Origin: Octopus bimaculoides
Taxonomy: Eukaryota
NCBI RefSeq assembly: GCF_001194135.2
Contig: NC_069010.1
Location: 127,654 to 168,877, forward strand
Direction: 5' to 3'
Length of the DNA: 41,224 bases
Part shown: in pieces, positions 24,561-35,293 of the stretch
Numbering within the stretch: position 1 is the first letter of the stretch
Layout of the letters: each line of letters opens with the position of its first letter
The notes under the pieces: generated by a model
The model's input: only the letters and a program-made list of their open reading frames with translations
Told to the model about the DNA's origin: nothing
Databases searched by the model: none
Made by a program: the position numbers and the translations under genes

Positions 24561-26001
24561 GTATGAATACAATTTAATGATCTGTCTGTTTGTCACATTG
24601 GCTTTACAACGGTGAATAATGTACTTTATATTGTTGTTTAGACCCAGGTTTGTCATAAGTTGGCACATTTATGATAAAAGGTGTTCTAGATGTCTTCTCT
24701 TTGTGATACTATACCAATCACACCATCCACTAAATTTTGTCTTTATCCAAGTACAAGGTGTGCTATACTTCAAGAGGTTGCTGTCTGCAAAAAGAAGACT
24801 TGTGTGGGATACTGGAAGTTAAACAGTGACTAAGAGAAATATCAATAATATTCCTGACTTTTATCAGTAAATATTAACTTTTTAATGTTAATTGCGAATG
24901 ATTAGAGGTGATCAATGATGTATCAGTAACTTGTGAATCTGATAGCTAAAGACAAAGGTAGTTACAAGAACATTAATTTTTGGTAAAATAGGAGAGTCAA
25001 TGAGGAAATCTCAAATGAGAGATTAAGGAACAACATTAGAGACTTCGATTGTTAATTAGGTGTTTTGTGTTGCTATGAATATTTATTTAGTGAAAGGTGT
25101 CATTGATTATTTCAACATATTTTGAAAAGTTGTCCTCCAGAAATTCTCCATAATTTGTCATGTTATGAAGAGCTCCAATAATTACAGTAGTCTGATGTTT
25201 GATATGAAATGTTGTCCCTTGTGGTATGTACCCAGAATATCCCAGATTAGAATATGTATTCTTGTAATAAATAAAAAGAAAATTACAAAATTCACTCAAA
25301 CAATATTAATCATTCAATTATTTTTTATTGAATGTTAAATTAGTATTGAACTGTTGAATGTGTGTTTATGTTTAAACGATGTATTTATATTCACGTTTAA
25401 AATAGACTTCTAGAAACAAAATATGAGTTCCAAATGTAAACTGAACACACAACGCTTTGTTTGTAACTATATTTAATTAACGCTTACTACAAAGTTTCAT
25501 TAACATTTATCATCCATATTTCTAATCACTCTTATTGGATTTTAGATTATATTAATGTCAATGCAGGCACAATTTTCTGTGTATTTTACCTTTTTGTTTC
25601 AGCTCTGAATTGATTCTTATTTTTAAATTAGATCACGGAACCTGGTCATTGTTTTTGACTGATAAACGAAATTATTGTTTGTATTTGGTACTGGACCTAG
25701 TACCATTTTTCTGCAATTCCTCATGGAACTAGCATTATTTCAACTGTTCTCAGATACAATCTATATCGATAACTAGCACTCCATCGGTTAGGATAATGAG
25801 TGAACCAGTTTTCCAATCAATAAAACAACCTGCTAATGAAATTAATGTGAAAGTGGCTGAGTACTCCAAAGATGTGAGTACACTAAATGTAGTTCTCAGG
25901 AAGATTCTGCATAGCACAGGAGGTGAAAAGGCTGGCCCTTTGAAATATAAGTAGAACTTATTTTCATCAACTGAGTGGATAGAAGCAATATGAAATAAAG
26001 T

Positions 26002-28073
26002 CAGATAATATACAATCTATATAGATATCATTATAATGGGGGTCACATATACAGTTATCAGATTATATACAAACAATATATTTTTAATTACAATGATGGT
26101 AACATATCACTTTGTCAGGTTATATATATTCTATATAGATATCATTATAATGATGGTCACCTATCCCTTTGTCATGTTATATACAATCTATATAGATATC
26201 TTTATAACGATGATCACATATCCACTTGTCAGGTTATATACAATCTATATAGATATCATTATAATAATGGTCACATATCTCTTTACCAGATTATATATAA
26301 TCTATATAGATATCATTATAATAATGGTCACACATCCCTTTGCCAGATTATATACAATCTATATAGATATCATTATACTGATGGTCACATATCTCTTAGC
26401 CAGATTATATCCAATCTATATAGATATCATTATGTTGATGGTCAGATATCCCTTTGCAAGATTATATATAATCTATATAGATATCATTATATTGATGGTC
26501 ACATATCCCTTCCCCAGATTTTATATAATCTATATAGATATCATTATATTGATGGTCACATATCCCTTTGCCAGATTATATATAATCTATATAGATATCA
26601 TTACAATGATAGTCATATATCCCTTTGCCAGATTATATATAATCTGTATAGATATCATTATAATGATGGTCACCTATCCCTTTGCCAGATTATATACAAT
26701 CTATATAGATATCTTTATAATGATGGTCAGATATCCCTTTGTCATGTTATATACAATCTGTATAGATATCTTTATAACGATGATCACATATCCACTTGTC
26801 AGGGTATATAGAATCTATATAGATATCATTATAATGATGGTGACATATCTCTTTGCCAGATTATATATAATCTATATAGATATCATTATACTGATGGTCA
26901 CATATCCCTTTGTCAGATTATATACAATGTATATAGATATCATTATAATGATGGTCATATATCCCTTTGCCAGATTATATATAATCTATATAGATATCAT
27001 TATAATGATGGTCACATATCTCTTTGCCAGATTATATAAAATCTATATAGATATCATTATACTGATGGTCACATATCCCTTTGTCAGATTATATACAATG
27101 TATATAGATATCATTATAATCATGGTCATATATCCCTTTGCCAGATTATATATAATCTATATAGATATCATTATAATGATGGTCACATATCTCTTTGCCA
27201 GATTATATATAATCTATATAGATATCATTATAATAATGGTCACATATCCCTTTGCCAGATTATATACAATCTATATAGATATCATTATACTGATGGTCAT
27301 ATATCCCTTTGCCAGATTATATAAAATCTATATAGATATCATTATACTGATGGTCATATATCCCTTTGCCAGATTATATATAATCTATATAGATATCATT
27401 ATACTGATGGTCATATATCCTTTTGCAAGATTATATACAATCTATATAGATATCATTATATTGATGGTCACACAACCCTTTGCAAGATTATATACAATTT
27501 ATATAAATATCATTATACTGATGGTCACATATCCCTTTGTAAGATTATATATAATCTGTATAGATATCATTATATTGATGGTCAAATATCCCTTTGCCAG
27601 ATTATATAAAATCTATATAGATATCATTATAATGATGGTCAGATATCCCTTTGTCAGATTATATACAATGTATATAGATATCATTATAATGATGGTCATA
27701 TATCCCTTTGCCAGATCATATATAATCTATATAGATATCATTATAATGATGGTCACATATCTCTTTGCCAGATTATATATAATCTATATAGATATCATTA
27801 TAATAATGGTCACATATCCCTTTGCCAGATTATATACAATCTATATAGATATCATTATATTGATGGTCAAATATCCCTTTGCCAGATTATATAAAATCTA
27901 TATAGATATCATTATACTGATGGTCACATATCCCTTTGCAAGATTATATACAATCTATATAGATATCATTATATTGATGGTTACATATCCCTTTGCCAGA
28001 TTATATATAATCTATATAATCTATATAGATATCATTATATTGATGGTCACATATCCCTTTGCCAGATTATATA
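26002..28073. repeat. 57-bp minisatellite, long allele (~36 units before the Helitron)
   Basis: 57-bp period, which is the 19-aa period YPFARLYIIYIDIIIMMVT of ORF 26036-28231; variant units recur at 171-bp and 570-bp offsets. Confidence 0.97.
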
Positions 28074-29056
28074 TCTATATATATAAAAATGAGAATGTGT
28101 GTCTGTCTGTCTGTCTGTCTGTCTATGTGTGTGAATCCCTAAAACTCGAGAACTACGCAACCAATTTCATTCAAATTTTACACATGCCTTACTTAGGGTT
28201 CCAGTTGTGTTTTAGTAAAAAAAAATATTAACTTCTTGCAGAGTTCGAGCACACGGCAACATAATATCTCCTCCACTATTAAAGTATTACGTGTCAAAAG
28301 TGAAACAAAAACACTCATGTCAAATACTTTCACTTTAAAAATGAAACTATTCCACTAACTGAAACAATCACATTTCNNNNNNNNNNNGAATGGATCTTTA
28401 TGAAATTTGGAAATTATATTCTTTGCATAACGGCCATAACTCCCATGAAAATTCATATATTTTTGATGTTGATGAAATATTAACCCGAACATAACAGATG
28501 AGCATTTTTTAGAAAATGATGTCACACGTTATCGAGGCTACCATTCTTTCTGGATGTGCAAAAGGGGATGACGTCTTTATTCCAAGAATTCCTCTTACTC
28601 TATCAGGAGCAGACATTCCTTTTACATTTAGAAGACTACAATTCCCCCTTCGTGTGACTTTTGCCATGTCCATAAACAAACCTCAGGGTCAAATACTGTC
28701 TGTAGCTGGTCTTCTCTTGGAAGAGCCCTGCTTCTCACATGGCCAACTGTATGTTGGCTGCTCAAGAGTGGGCATCAAAAAAAAACCTATTTGTATATGC
28801 TCCACAAGGGTAAACAAGGAACATTGTTTACAACGAGGTGTTATAATCACAACAGCAAGAAAGTATGTACATGATCACCTTCTTTTACGAAACTTCATTG
28901 ACTTTCATATATTTATATTGATATACATATACATACGTGTGTTTGGGTGCGTGTGTGTATATACATCTCTATATATAAAGATGATGCGTAGTCTGGACGG
29001 CGTTTTTAGATTTCATTATTCTCTTTAACCCGGGCAACGCCGGGTATTTCTGCTAG
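28074..29056 (+). mobile_element. Young non-autonomous Helitron (983 bp) inserted in the minisatellite
   Basis: 5' TC (28074-28075) and 3' hairpin ACCCGG-GCAACG-CCGGGT (29028-29045) followed by CTAG (29053-29056). Inserted between A28073 and T29057 with no target-site duplication; removing it restores the unit CCAGATTATATA^TAATCTATATAG. Confidence 0.95.
28516..28790 (+). pseudogene. Helitron RepHel Pif1-helicase C-terminal fragment
   Basis: HVIEATILSGCAKGDDVFIPRIPL...FTFRRLQFPLRVTFAMSINKPQGQ...FSHGQLYVGCSRV corresponds to Pif1 motifs V/VI. Confidence 0.92.
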
Positions 29057-29189
29057 TAATCTATATAGATATCATTACAATGATAGTCATATATCCCTTT
29101 GCCAGATTATATATAATCTGTTTAGATATCATTATATTGATGGTCACATATCCCTTTGCCAGATTATATATAATCTTTATAGATATCAT
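29057..29189. repeat. 57-bp minisatellite, ~2.3 units continuing after the Helitron
   Basis: Same unit, in register with the array before the insertion. Confidence 0.95.
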
Positions 29190-30062
29190 TTTGGAAACAT
29201 CATCAAAGCGTCTCCCCATGCTCTAGCAAACATGGATTCGGCTAAACTAGAGAGAGCTCCCATTCACAATCACAACTCAGAATGCAGTGTCGGATTAATC
29301 AATTACAAGTTGAGTCGTTGAGGTGGCAAGCAATTCAAATGACCATCTTCGTCTCAAGTTAAACCCAAGTCGGCTGATCTGATTCGAGTGTCCGGGGCAT
29401 TCAGGTAATGTAACAAACTTATCAAACCTGGGGGTGAGTGGATACATGACAAACAACTAAATTGGATAATTTGATATATCATGATGTACAACTTACTAGC
29501 ATCGTTGAGGCAGATGCCTATTTCATGGCAGATATACCAGATAAAGAAAAGAACAGCAGGCTGTATTTAGAAATGCCAATGACACTGCCGTTTCTGTGCC
29601 AAAAACAAGCAAGATTTCCATCTCAAACAACGTTTATCAAAATCTCGCAATGAAGCCATAAGTAATAAATTTCAAAATTTAATTGAATAATGTGAGTTGC
29701 AAGACAGACTTAAGACTTATTGATTTGAATCATACGTTGGATGACTTGGTCTGAGGTTCTGAATCCATAAAGGTTGTCAAAGTATTATTTATCATATAAC
29801 TTTGGGACTTCGGAAATGTTTTTCCTTCTGTAAAATTAAATTACTTAATTATTTGTCATTAAACTGTTTATTCCACATTCAATTCGAGTTCTTTGACTGC
29901 AAAAGCATATATAAAGACATATCATATGACATTCTTGGCAACAACTACTGATTTTGGGAAAAAGATGTGTATTTTGTTCTCCCTCTTGAATTTGTGCCAT
30001 ATTGTAAAACTAATACTATTTTTGGATTCAGCTTATTAAAAAAAAACCGTGCTAAGCTAAAG

Positions 30063-31376
30063 TCTATATGCATAAATGTGTAATGGAGTCTGTCTGTGTG
30101 TGAGTTTGGGGTTAATCTAACTTCTGTCACATCGTCCAACCAATTTTAATGATTTTTGGCACATAGATTACATACCCTGAATTTCAAATAATGCCAGAAT
30201 TTTTCGAAAACTCGATAATACTCATTTGGCATAGATTTTTGTGAGCTCAATCGGATGTTTGAATGGAAATACCCATAACGATGTTATTTTTTCCTGCAGC
30301 TTTTGCTTTTTGTTTGTCCAATTTTGATGAAAATTGATGAGTGATCGAAGCTCATGGCAGTGAGTTGATTTCAGTATATAGTGTTGATAAAAAATCGATA
30401 ATTGTGCCTGATCAGTGGTTATATAAAATCAATAGGCTTTTTGTATGCAAATACCCATAGGGATTTTATTTTTGGCTGTAACTTTTATATTTTTCATCCA
30501 ATTTTAATGAAATTTGAGATGTAGGTAAATTTTGTGGTAGGGGAGATGGTAAAGATGTTTATTTAATTCAAAAGGGCTTTAATAGGGCACAAATGCAAAT
30601 AAGTATTTCCTTAGAGACATTCTTATTGATTTTGTAGAAATTTTACACATGATTACAGTTCATGTCCATTAGTTGATGCTAGCATGAAGAGTTGACAAAA
30701 ACCAATAATTGCACATGAGTGGGGATTTTAAGAAATCAATAGGTTTTTTGTATGCAATTCCTCATAGGATTAATATCTTATGCTGTAACTTTTACAGAAT
30801 TCATCCGATTTTGATGAAATTTAACATTTAGGAAAAGTTTATCGTTGGAGTCATGTAGAATTAAAAGTAAACTGGTGAAAGGCAGAAATCGTCAACATTC
30901 ATTCACAATAAAATAATGAACTGATTTTGAAGAAAATTGACCCATGAGTAGAGTTAAGCACTTCGACATATGAAACATCGATTATTCATATAATGTATTG
31001 GGATTTAAAATGGGATATTTTCATGTAAATGGTCACGTGGATTCTATTGTATGACATAAATTTAACATTTTCCTTCGGATTTTGCTGAGATTGGACACAC
31101 TGATCAATTTTGTACAGAGGGTGGCATTAAGAGGAGAGAAATAAACGTTGCTCTCAACAGTTGGAGGTACACCCAAAAATTTGACTGTGATTTCAGATGG
31201 TCCATTATGATGAAATATGTTGAAAGCGTTAACTGGGTAAAATCCCTGCTAAACCAGATATACCATCTTAATGGGTAATAGTTGGTACGGGGAAAGTAGA
31301 AGATTTCAATACTAGGTCAGAGGTAGGCTTAACTTCAACACGGAAAACATGAGCAAATGCCAGGTCCAACAGCTAG
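30063..31376 (+). mobile_element. Old non-autonomous Helitron-like element, copy B
   Basis: 5' TCTATATGCATAAATG. The 3' end ACATGAGCAAATGCCAGGTCCAACAGCTAG|T looks like a degraded version of the young Helitron end ACCCGGGCAACGCCGGGTATTTCTGCTAG|T. It is shared with copy A, so it predates the duplication. Confidence 0.55.
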
Positions 31377-32507
31377 TAGTATATATTTACGTACACTATA
31401 AGGTTTTGGATTGATTAAATTAGTATTTACTTCTATATTTTCTAGGTTTCTAACTTCAAGCAGTATATACAGCTGGGTTGCCAAAATCGAAATCGAAAAA
31501 AAAAAAAAAACGTTTATATCATTGTTTTGTGACCCTAGGCACAACTTTTCAGAAGCAATAAAGGATTAAAATAACATCCTCCATACCTGTGCATGCGTAC
31601 CCAGTTTATCTTTAGTGCATTTTAGCCTCATGGTTTCAACATCGACAGACAGCATCCTCATGACTTCATAAGCAGTCTTGAGGAACTACTCTTTCATCCA
31701 TTTAATCTCGTTTCTTCTTTCAATCCATTTGATATTTCTTTGTATGTTACAACACATTTTCTGTAGATCTTCAAACAGGGCTAGCAAACCTTCCTTCTCC
31801 TTGGGTCTGGTCAGCTTTCCACTGCTTTTCTAAGTCCTTCTCCCTTCTTAACTGATGCATCTTTTTTTCTCTCCTACTTTCGCCAGACTTAGCAGATAAC
31901 TGCTTCTTGTTACCCTCCATTACATCAAATAACTCAACACTTATGTCGTAGATGGTGATTGCAAGCTTATTCAGCTTAACTCTTGTTTCCCCCATCCTTT
32001 TTATGGAGCATTTTGCATACTTTCCCTTTGAGGGACCTGTCACTAGCCTTATAATTTGCAGCTGACCACTAATTATTTCGTTTCTTTATCATCTCATCTA
32101 GCAAAGAGGCATCTTGACCTAAAGATCATGAAGGCGTTTCAGCTGAAGTATTTATCTGTCTACTGCACTTTGACTCTTAGGGTGACTTTCTTCATATTTG
32201 ATGGTCAAATGACCTACACTGCTTCAATTTCTCCAAATAATTCTTGCCTTGATGGATCTCCAATCCTACTTAGGATTGTCTGCACTCTGAACTACATCCA
32301 GTCTCTTCTGTATAACTTTAAACCAGTCTTATTTCTGAGCTCATGACTGTATCCTCTTCAATAACCACCTTAGAAAGTATAGAAATAATGACCAAAACCA
32401 TAGTGGTCACTAGTTAACCATCGATGATAAGATGTCTCATGTTAATAGAAGATAGATTATTAGCAGAAATAATGATATCATACTGCAACGAGAAATATTT
32501 ATTTCAG

Positions 32508-32579
32508 TGAATCCACATTCAGAGAACAAAGGAGTCCAGGCATCAGCACATCCTTCAGAAAGTAAACTACTGCCAGATG
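32508..32579 (+). CDS. 72-nt symmetric phase-1 linker exon, copy B
   Basis: Acceptor tatttatttcag| and donor G|gtgagt; open frame (V)NPHSENKGVQASAHPSESKLLPD(G). Confidence 0.72.
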
Positions 32580-32907
32580 GTGAGTATAAAATAACAAGAA
32601 TTAAGTGATTTCTGTAAAATTTAGCTACACATGTTTTTTTTCTTTCTTTGTTTCTCAGATTGACTAAAAATAGGTTCCTTTCCTAATTTCCAATTGAGTG
32701 GTTGGCAGTAAATATTGAAGTATTTACTGAAATTTCATAAAATAACCTCTCAGTTTAGCAATAGTAATATGGATAAATTAGTTGAGACAATATTGGTAAT
32801 ATTATGTTTTCGAAAAGGGAAGTGAGATACAATGTTGATTAGGAGTAAACAAGTGAGATAATAACAATGTTGTTATTGTATGTTGTTGTAAGGGGTAAGC
32901 AAATGAG

Positions 32908-33254
32908 TTACTCTTTTACTCTTTTACTTGTTTCAGTCATTTGACTGCGGCCATGCTGGAGCACCACTTTTAGTCGAGCAAATCGACCCCAGTACTTATT
33001 CTTTGTAAGCCTAGTACTTATTCTATCGGTCTCTTGTGCCGAACAGCTAAGTTATGGGGACATAAACACACCAGCATCGGTTGTCAAGTGGTGTTGGGGG
33101 AACAAACACAAACACACAAATATATATACGACGGGCTCCTTTCAGTTTCCATCTACCAAATCTACTCACAAGCTTTGGTCGGCCTGAGGCTATAGTAGTA
33201 GACACTTGTCCAAGGTGCCACGCAGTGGGACTGAACCTGGAACCATGTGGTTGG
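32908..33254 (-). mobile_element. SINE (octopus-type interspersed repeat)
   Basis: TTACTCTTTTACTTGTTTCAGTCATTTGACTGCGGCCATGCTGGAGCACC...GCCGAACAGCTAAGTTATGGGGAC...CCAAGGTGCCACGCAGTGGGACTGAACC, recalled as an abundant octopus SINE; a homologous fragment is at 11399-11488. Confidence 0.8.
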
Positions 33255-34481
33255 ACAATGTTTTTGTTTGTTTTACAATTTCTGATGGGTTATTTTTGTT
33301 GTTGTTCAACCAGATGTCATAATCTGACAGACATATGATGAAAAGTGTTCCAAAAGTAAATTCCATGTGTTTTTCTCACTGATAGTAAATCTCATATTGC
33401 ATCCGTTGTCTTTGTCCAAGCACAAGAGTTTCGTTTGATGCTTGGATAACCATAGTGTCTTTCTCTCTCTCGCTTCAAGATAGGTACTGGCTACAAGATT
33501 CAATACAATCAATGAAACTTCTGGGCAAATACAAGATCTGGTGATTGCAGCTTGGTCTATATCCTGATCTTCTTTATGTTTATTTGAGACTCAGTTCTTG
33601 TGTACCATTTAAAGTATTTTCAGTGCATTAAGGTGGGAATGAAGAAAGATGTGTAGTTGATGAAGTTTCGTGCAATTATACTGAAGTATTTTGGGATACC
33701 TGTCATTATCTTCTGCTCCACCTAGGTAGAGTTATTAAGGAGGATGTATGACATCCAAATATTTTTTGATTCAGAGGACATAGTGTTGACTTGTGATGGG
33801 GTACAATTAGAATAAACGATTACAGGCAGCAACCTTCATTAAAGAGTTCAGGTGTATGTTTATCCTAGTTGAAGTGGTGTGTCCTGAGATATTGTGGCTA
33901 GATCTTTGGAGGATTGACTGGATTGACATTCGAATTAAGCTGCAAATTAGAAGAATGTTGGTTACTGAATTCTAGAGGTGAGAGGCGAAAGCCATGTTGT
34001 TGATTTGGTAAAACTAGAAAAGTATTTTCACCAAGTAGTGATAAAGAAGATGATTGCTATATTGTTAGGATTATGTAGAGAGAAGAGGTTTAGGAAGGTT
34101 AGTCTATTTTGTGGTGGTACTACTGTAGAAAATATTAAAATGGTGTCAAAAAGTACATTGGTCACCAGTTGACCATGGATCAGAGGAATATCTTACGATA
34201 CTAAAATACTAGCTAGACTCGTAAAAAATTTACAGAAAATATAAAAAATGTAAGCATCTGTAAATTGTGTGCTGGTGCCATGAGAAATGTTTCTATAATG
34301 TGACAGTCACAGAATACAGAAAGAAGCGTAAATCTGGTGACCGGTAAATCACAAGAAAAAAAGTCACAGTAATAAAGTCAAAATTTTTGCTAGTTAAAAG
34401 AGTCACAATTTATGGGACGCAGACAAAACCTCCGCAGGACAAAACCCATTCAGACAACCCTTTCATTTGCCTTTGCATTGT

Positions 34482-34717
34482 AAATATCATTTGGGAAGGC
34501 ATGAACATCACAGTTTTCCATTTCTCCTTTGAAATCCTTTCATTCCAATTTACATTTCAAATATCATTTGAAAGGCATGACATCATGATATTTTATTCCT
34601 TACTTGAAATCCTTTCATTCCTCTTTACCCTACAAATATCATTTGGAAAGGCATGAACATCACAACAGTCCATTCATCATTCAAAATGCTTTCATTCCTC
34701 TCTACATAACAAATATC
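34482..34717. repeat. ~76-bp tandem repeat, 3 units (further ~1.4 units at 35631-35740)
   Basis: AAATATCATTTG(G)AAAGGCATGAACATCAC...GAAATCCTTTCATTCC; the AAATATC anchor recurs at 34482, 34559, 34634 and 34711. Confidence 0.88.
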
Positions 34718-34777
34718 AACTGATTCTGAGGACATAGTGATAGCCTGTGAATTGGGGCAGTTAAAATTAAAGATTAC

Positions 34778-34937
34778 CATCTAGTTAAACTGCACTAAGG
34801 TGAGATGTTTCTACCAGGAACCTAGAGCAGTGCTTGGGACTAGATTTGAACTGTTGACTTCTGGCACAGGGGTCAACATAATATCCTCTTGGTCAGCTGC
34901 TAGAAATGATTTATCTAAATTGAGAGAAGACATCATC
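34778..34937. repeat. ~160-bp direct repeat (partner 35830-35993) bracketing Death-domain exon 1
   Basis: GTGAGATGTTTCTACCAG.AACCTAGAGCAGTGCTTGGGACTAGATTTGAACTGTTGAC...GGGGTCAACATAATATCCTCT is present in both. Confidence 0.9.
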
Positions 34938-35221
34938 CTAATTTCCAATTGAAAGATTAGCTGTATAATAATTCTATTAAACATATTGATCTTACTGAAA
35001 TTTTAGAAAATATCTAACGTGGTTAGAATGCTTTGTAAAATGGATAATTCAGAAGACAATAGAGTTAATATCAGTATATTAGAAAGTATAGAAATATTGA
35101 CCAAGACCATAATGGTCACCAGTTGACCATTGTTGATAGGAATGTCTGATAAACTGTAGATTATTTTTAGAAATAAAGAAATCTTACCATACATTATAAA
35201 CTTTGGAAATATTTATTTCAG

Positions 35222-35293
35222 AGAGTTTAAAGCTGAAGGAGAAGAATCTTGTGAGAGTGGTTGAGAGGTTAGGAAGTAATTGGTGGCAAGTGG
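35222..35293 (+). CDS. Death domain exon 1 (72 nt, phase 1-1)
   Basis: Acceptor atttatttcag| and donor G|gtgagt. (E)SLKLKEKNLVRVVERLGSNWWQV(G) has the L..LG..W..(L/V)G pattern of Death-domain helices 1-2 and joins in frame to 40565. Confidence 0.85.

Larger units (their letters stand above)
22728..34110. repeat. Intragenic segmental duplication, copy B
   Basis: See copy A. It begins just after the (GT)n at ~22706-22727, lacks A:1357-4611, and has the expanded minisatellite and the young Helitron. Confidence 0.95.

Noticed and set aside
26002-28073. CRISPR-like array
   Set aside because: Head-to-tail repeats with no unique spacers and no cas genes, in a eukaryotic intron.
26036-28231. 731-aa ORF as a protein-coding gene
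   Set aside because: It is the translation of a 57-bp satellite, running into a Helitron 5' end; copy A has under 4 units; no splice or domain support. Kept only as a low-interest finding.
31771-32043. Minus-strand 90-aa charged ORF (MTGPSKGKYAKCS...), paralogous to ~9314-9545
   Set aside because: The frame is flanked by many stops and has no recognisable motif or splice sites; probably a decayed transposon ORF that I cannot classify.
1-34110. Copies A and B as two haplotypes misassembled in tandem
   Set aside because: Roughly 5-10% divergence plus copy-specific SINE, Helitron, 3.25-kb indel and satellite length is more than I would expect for alleles. True paralogy is favoured, though long reads are needed to close the question.
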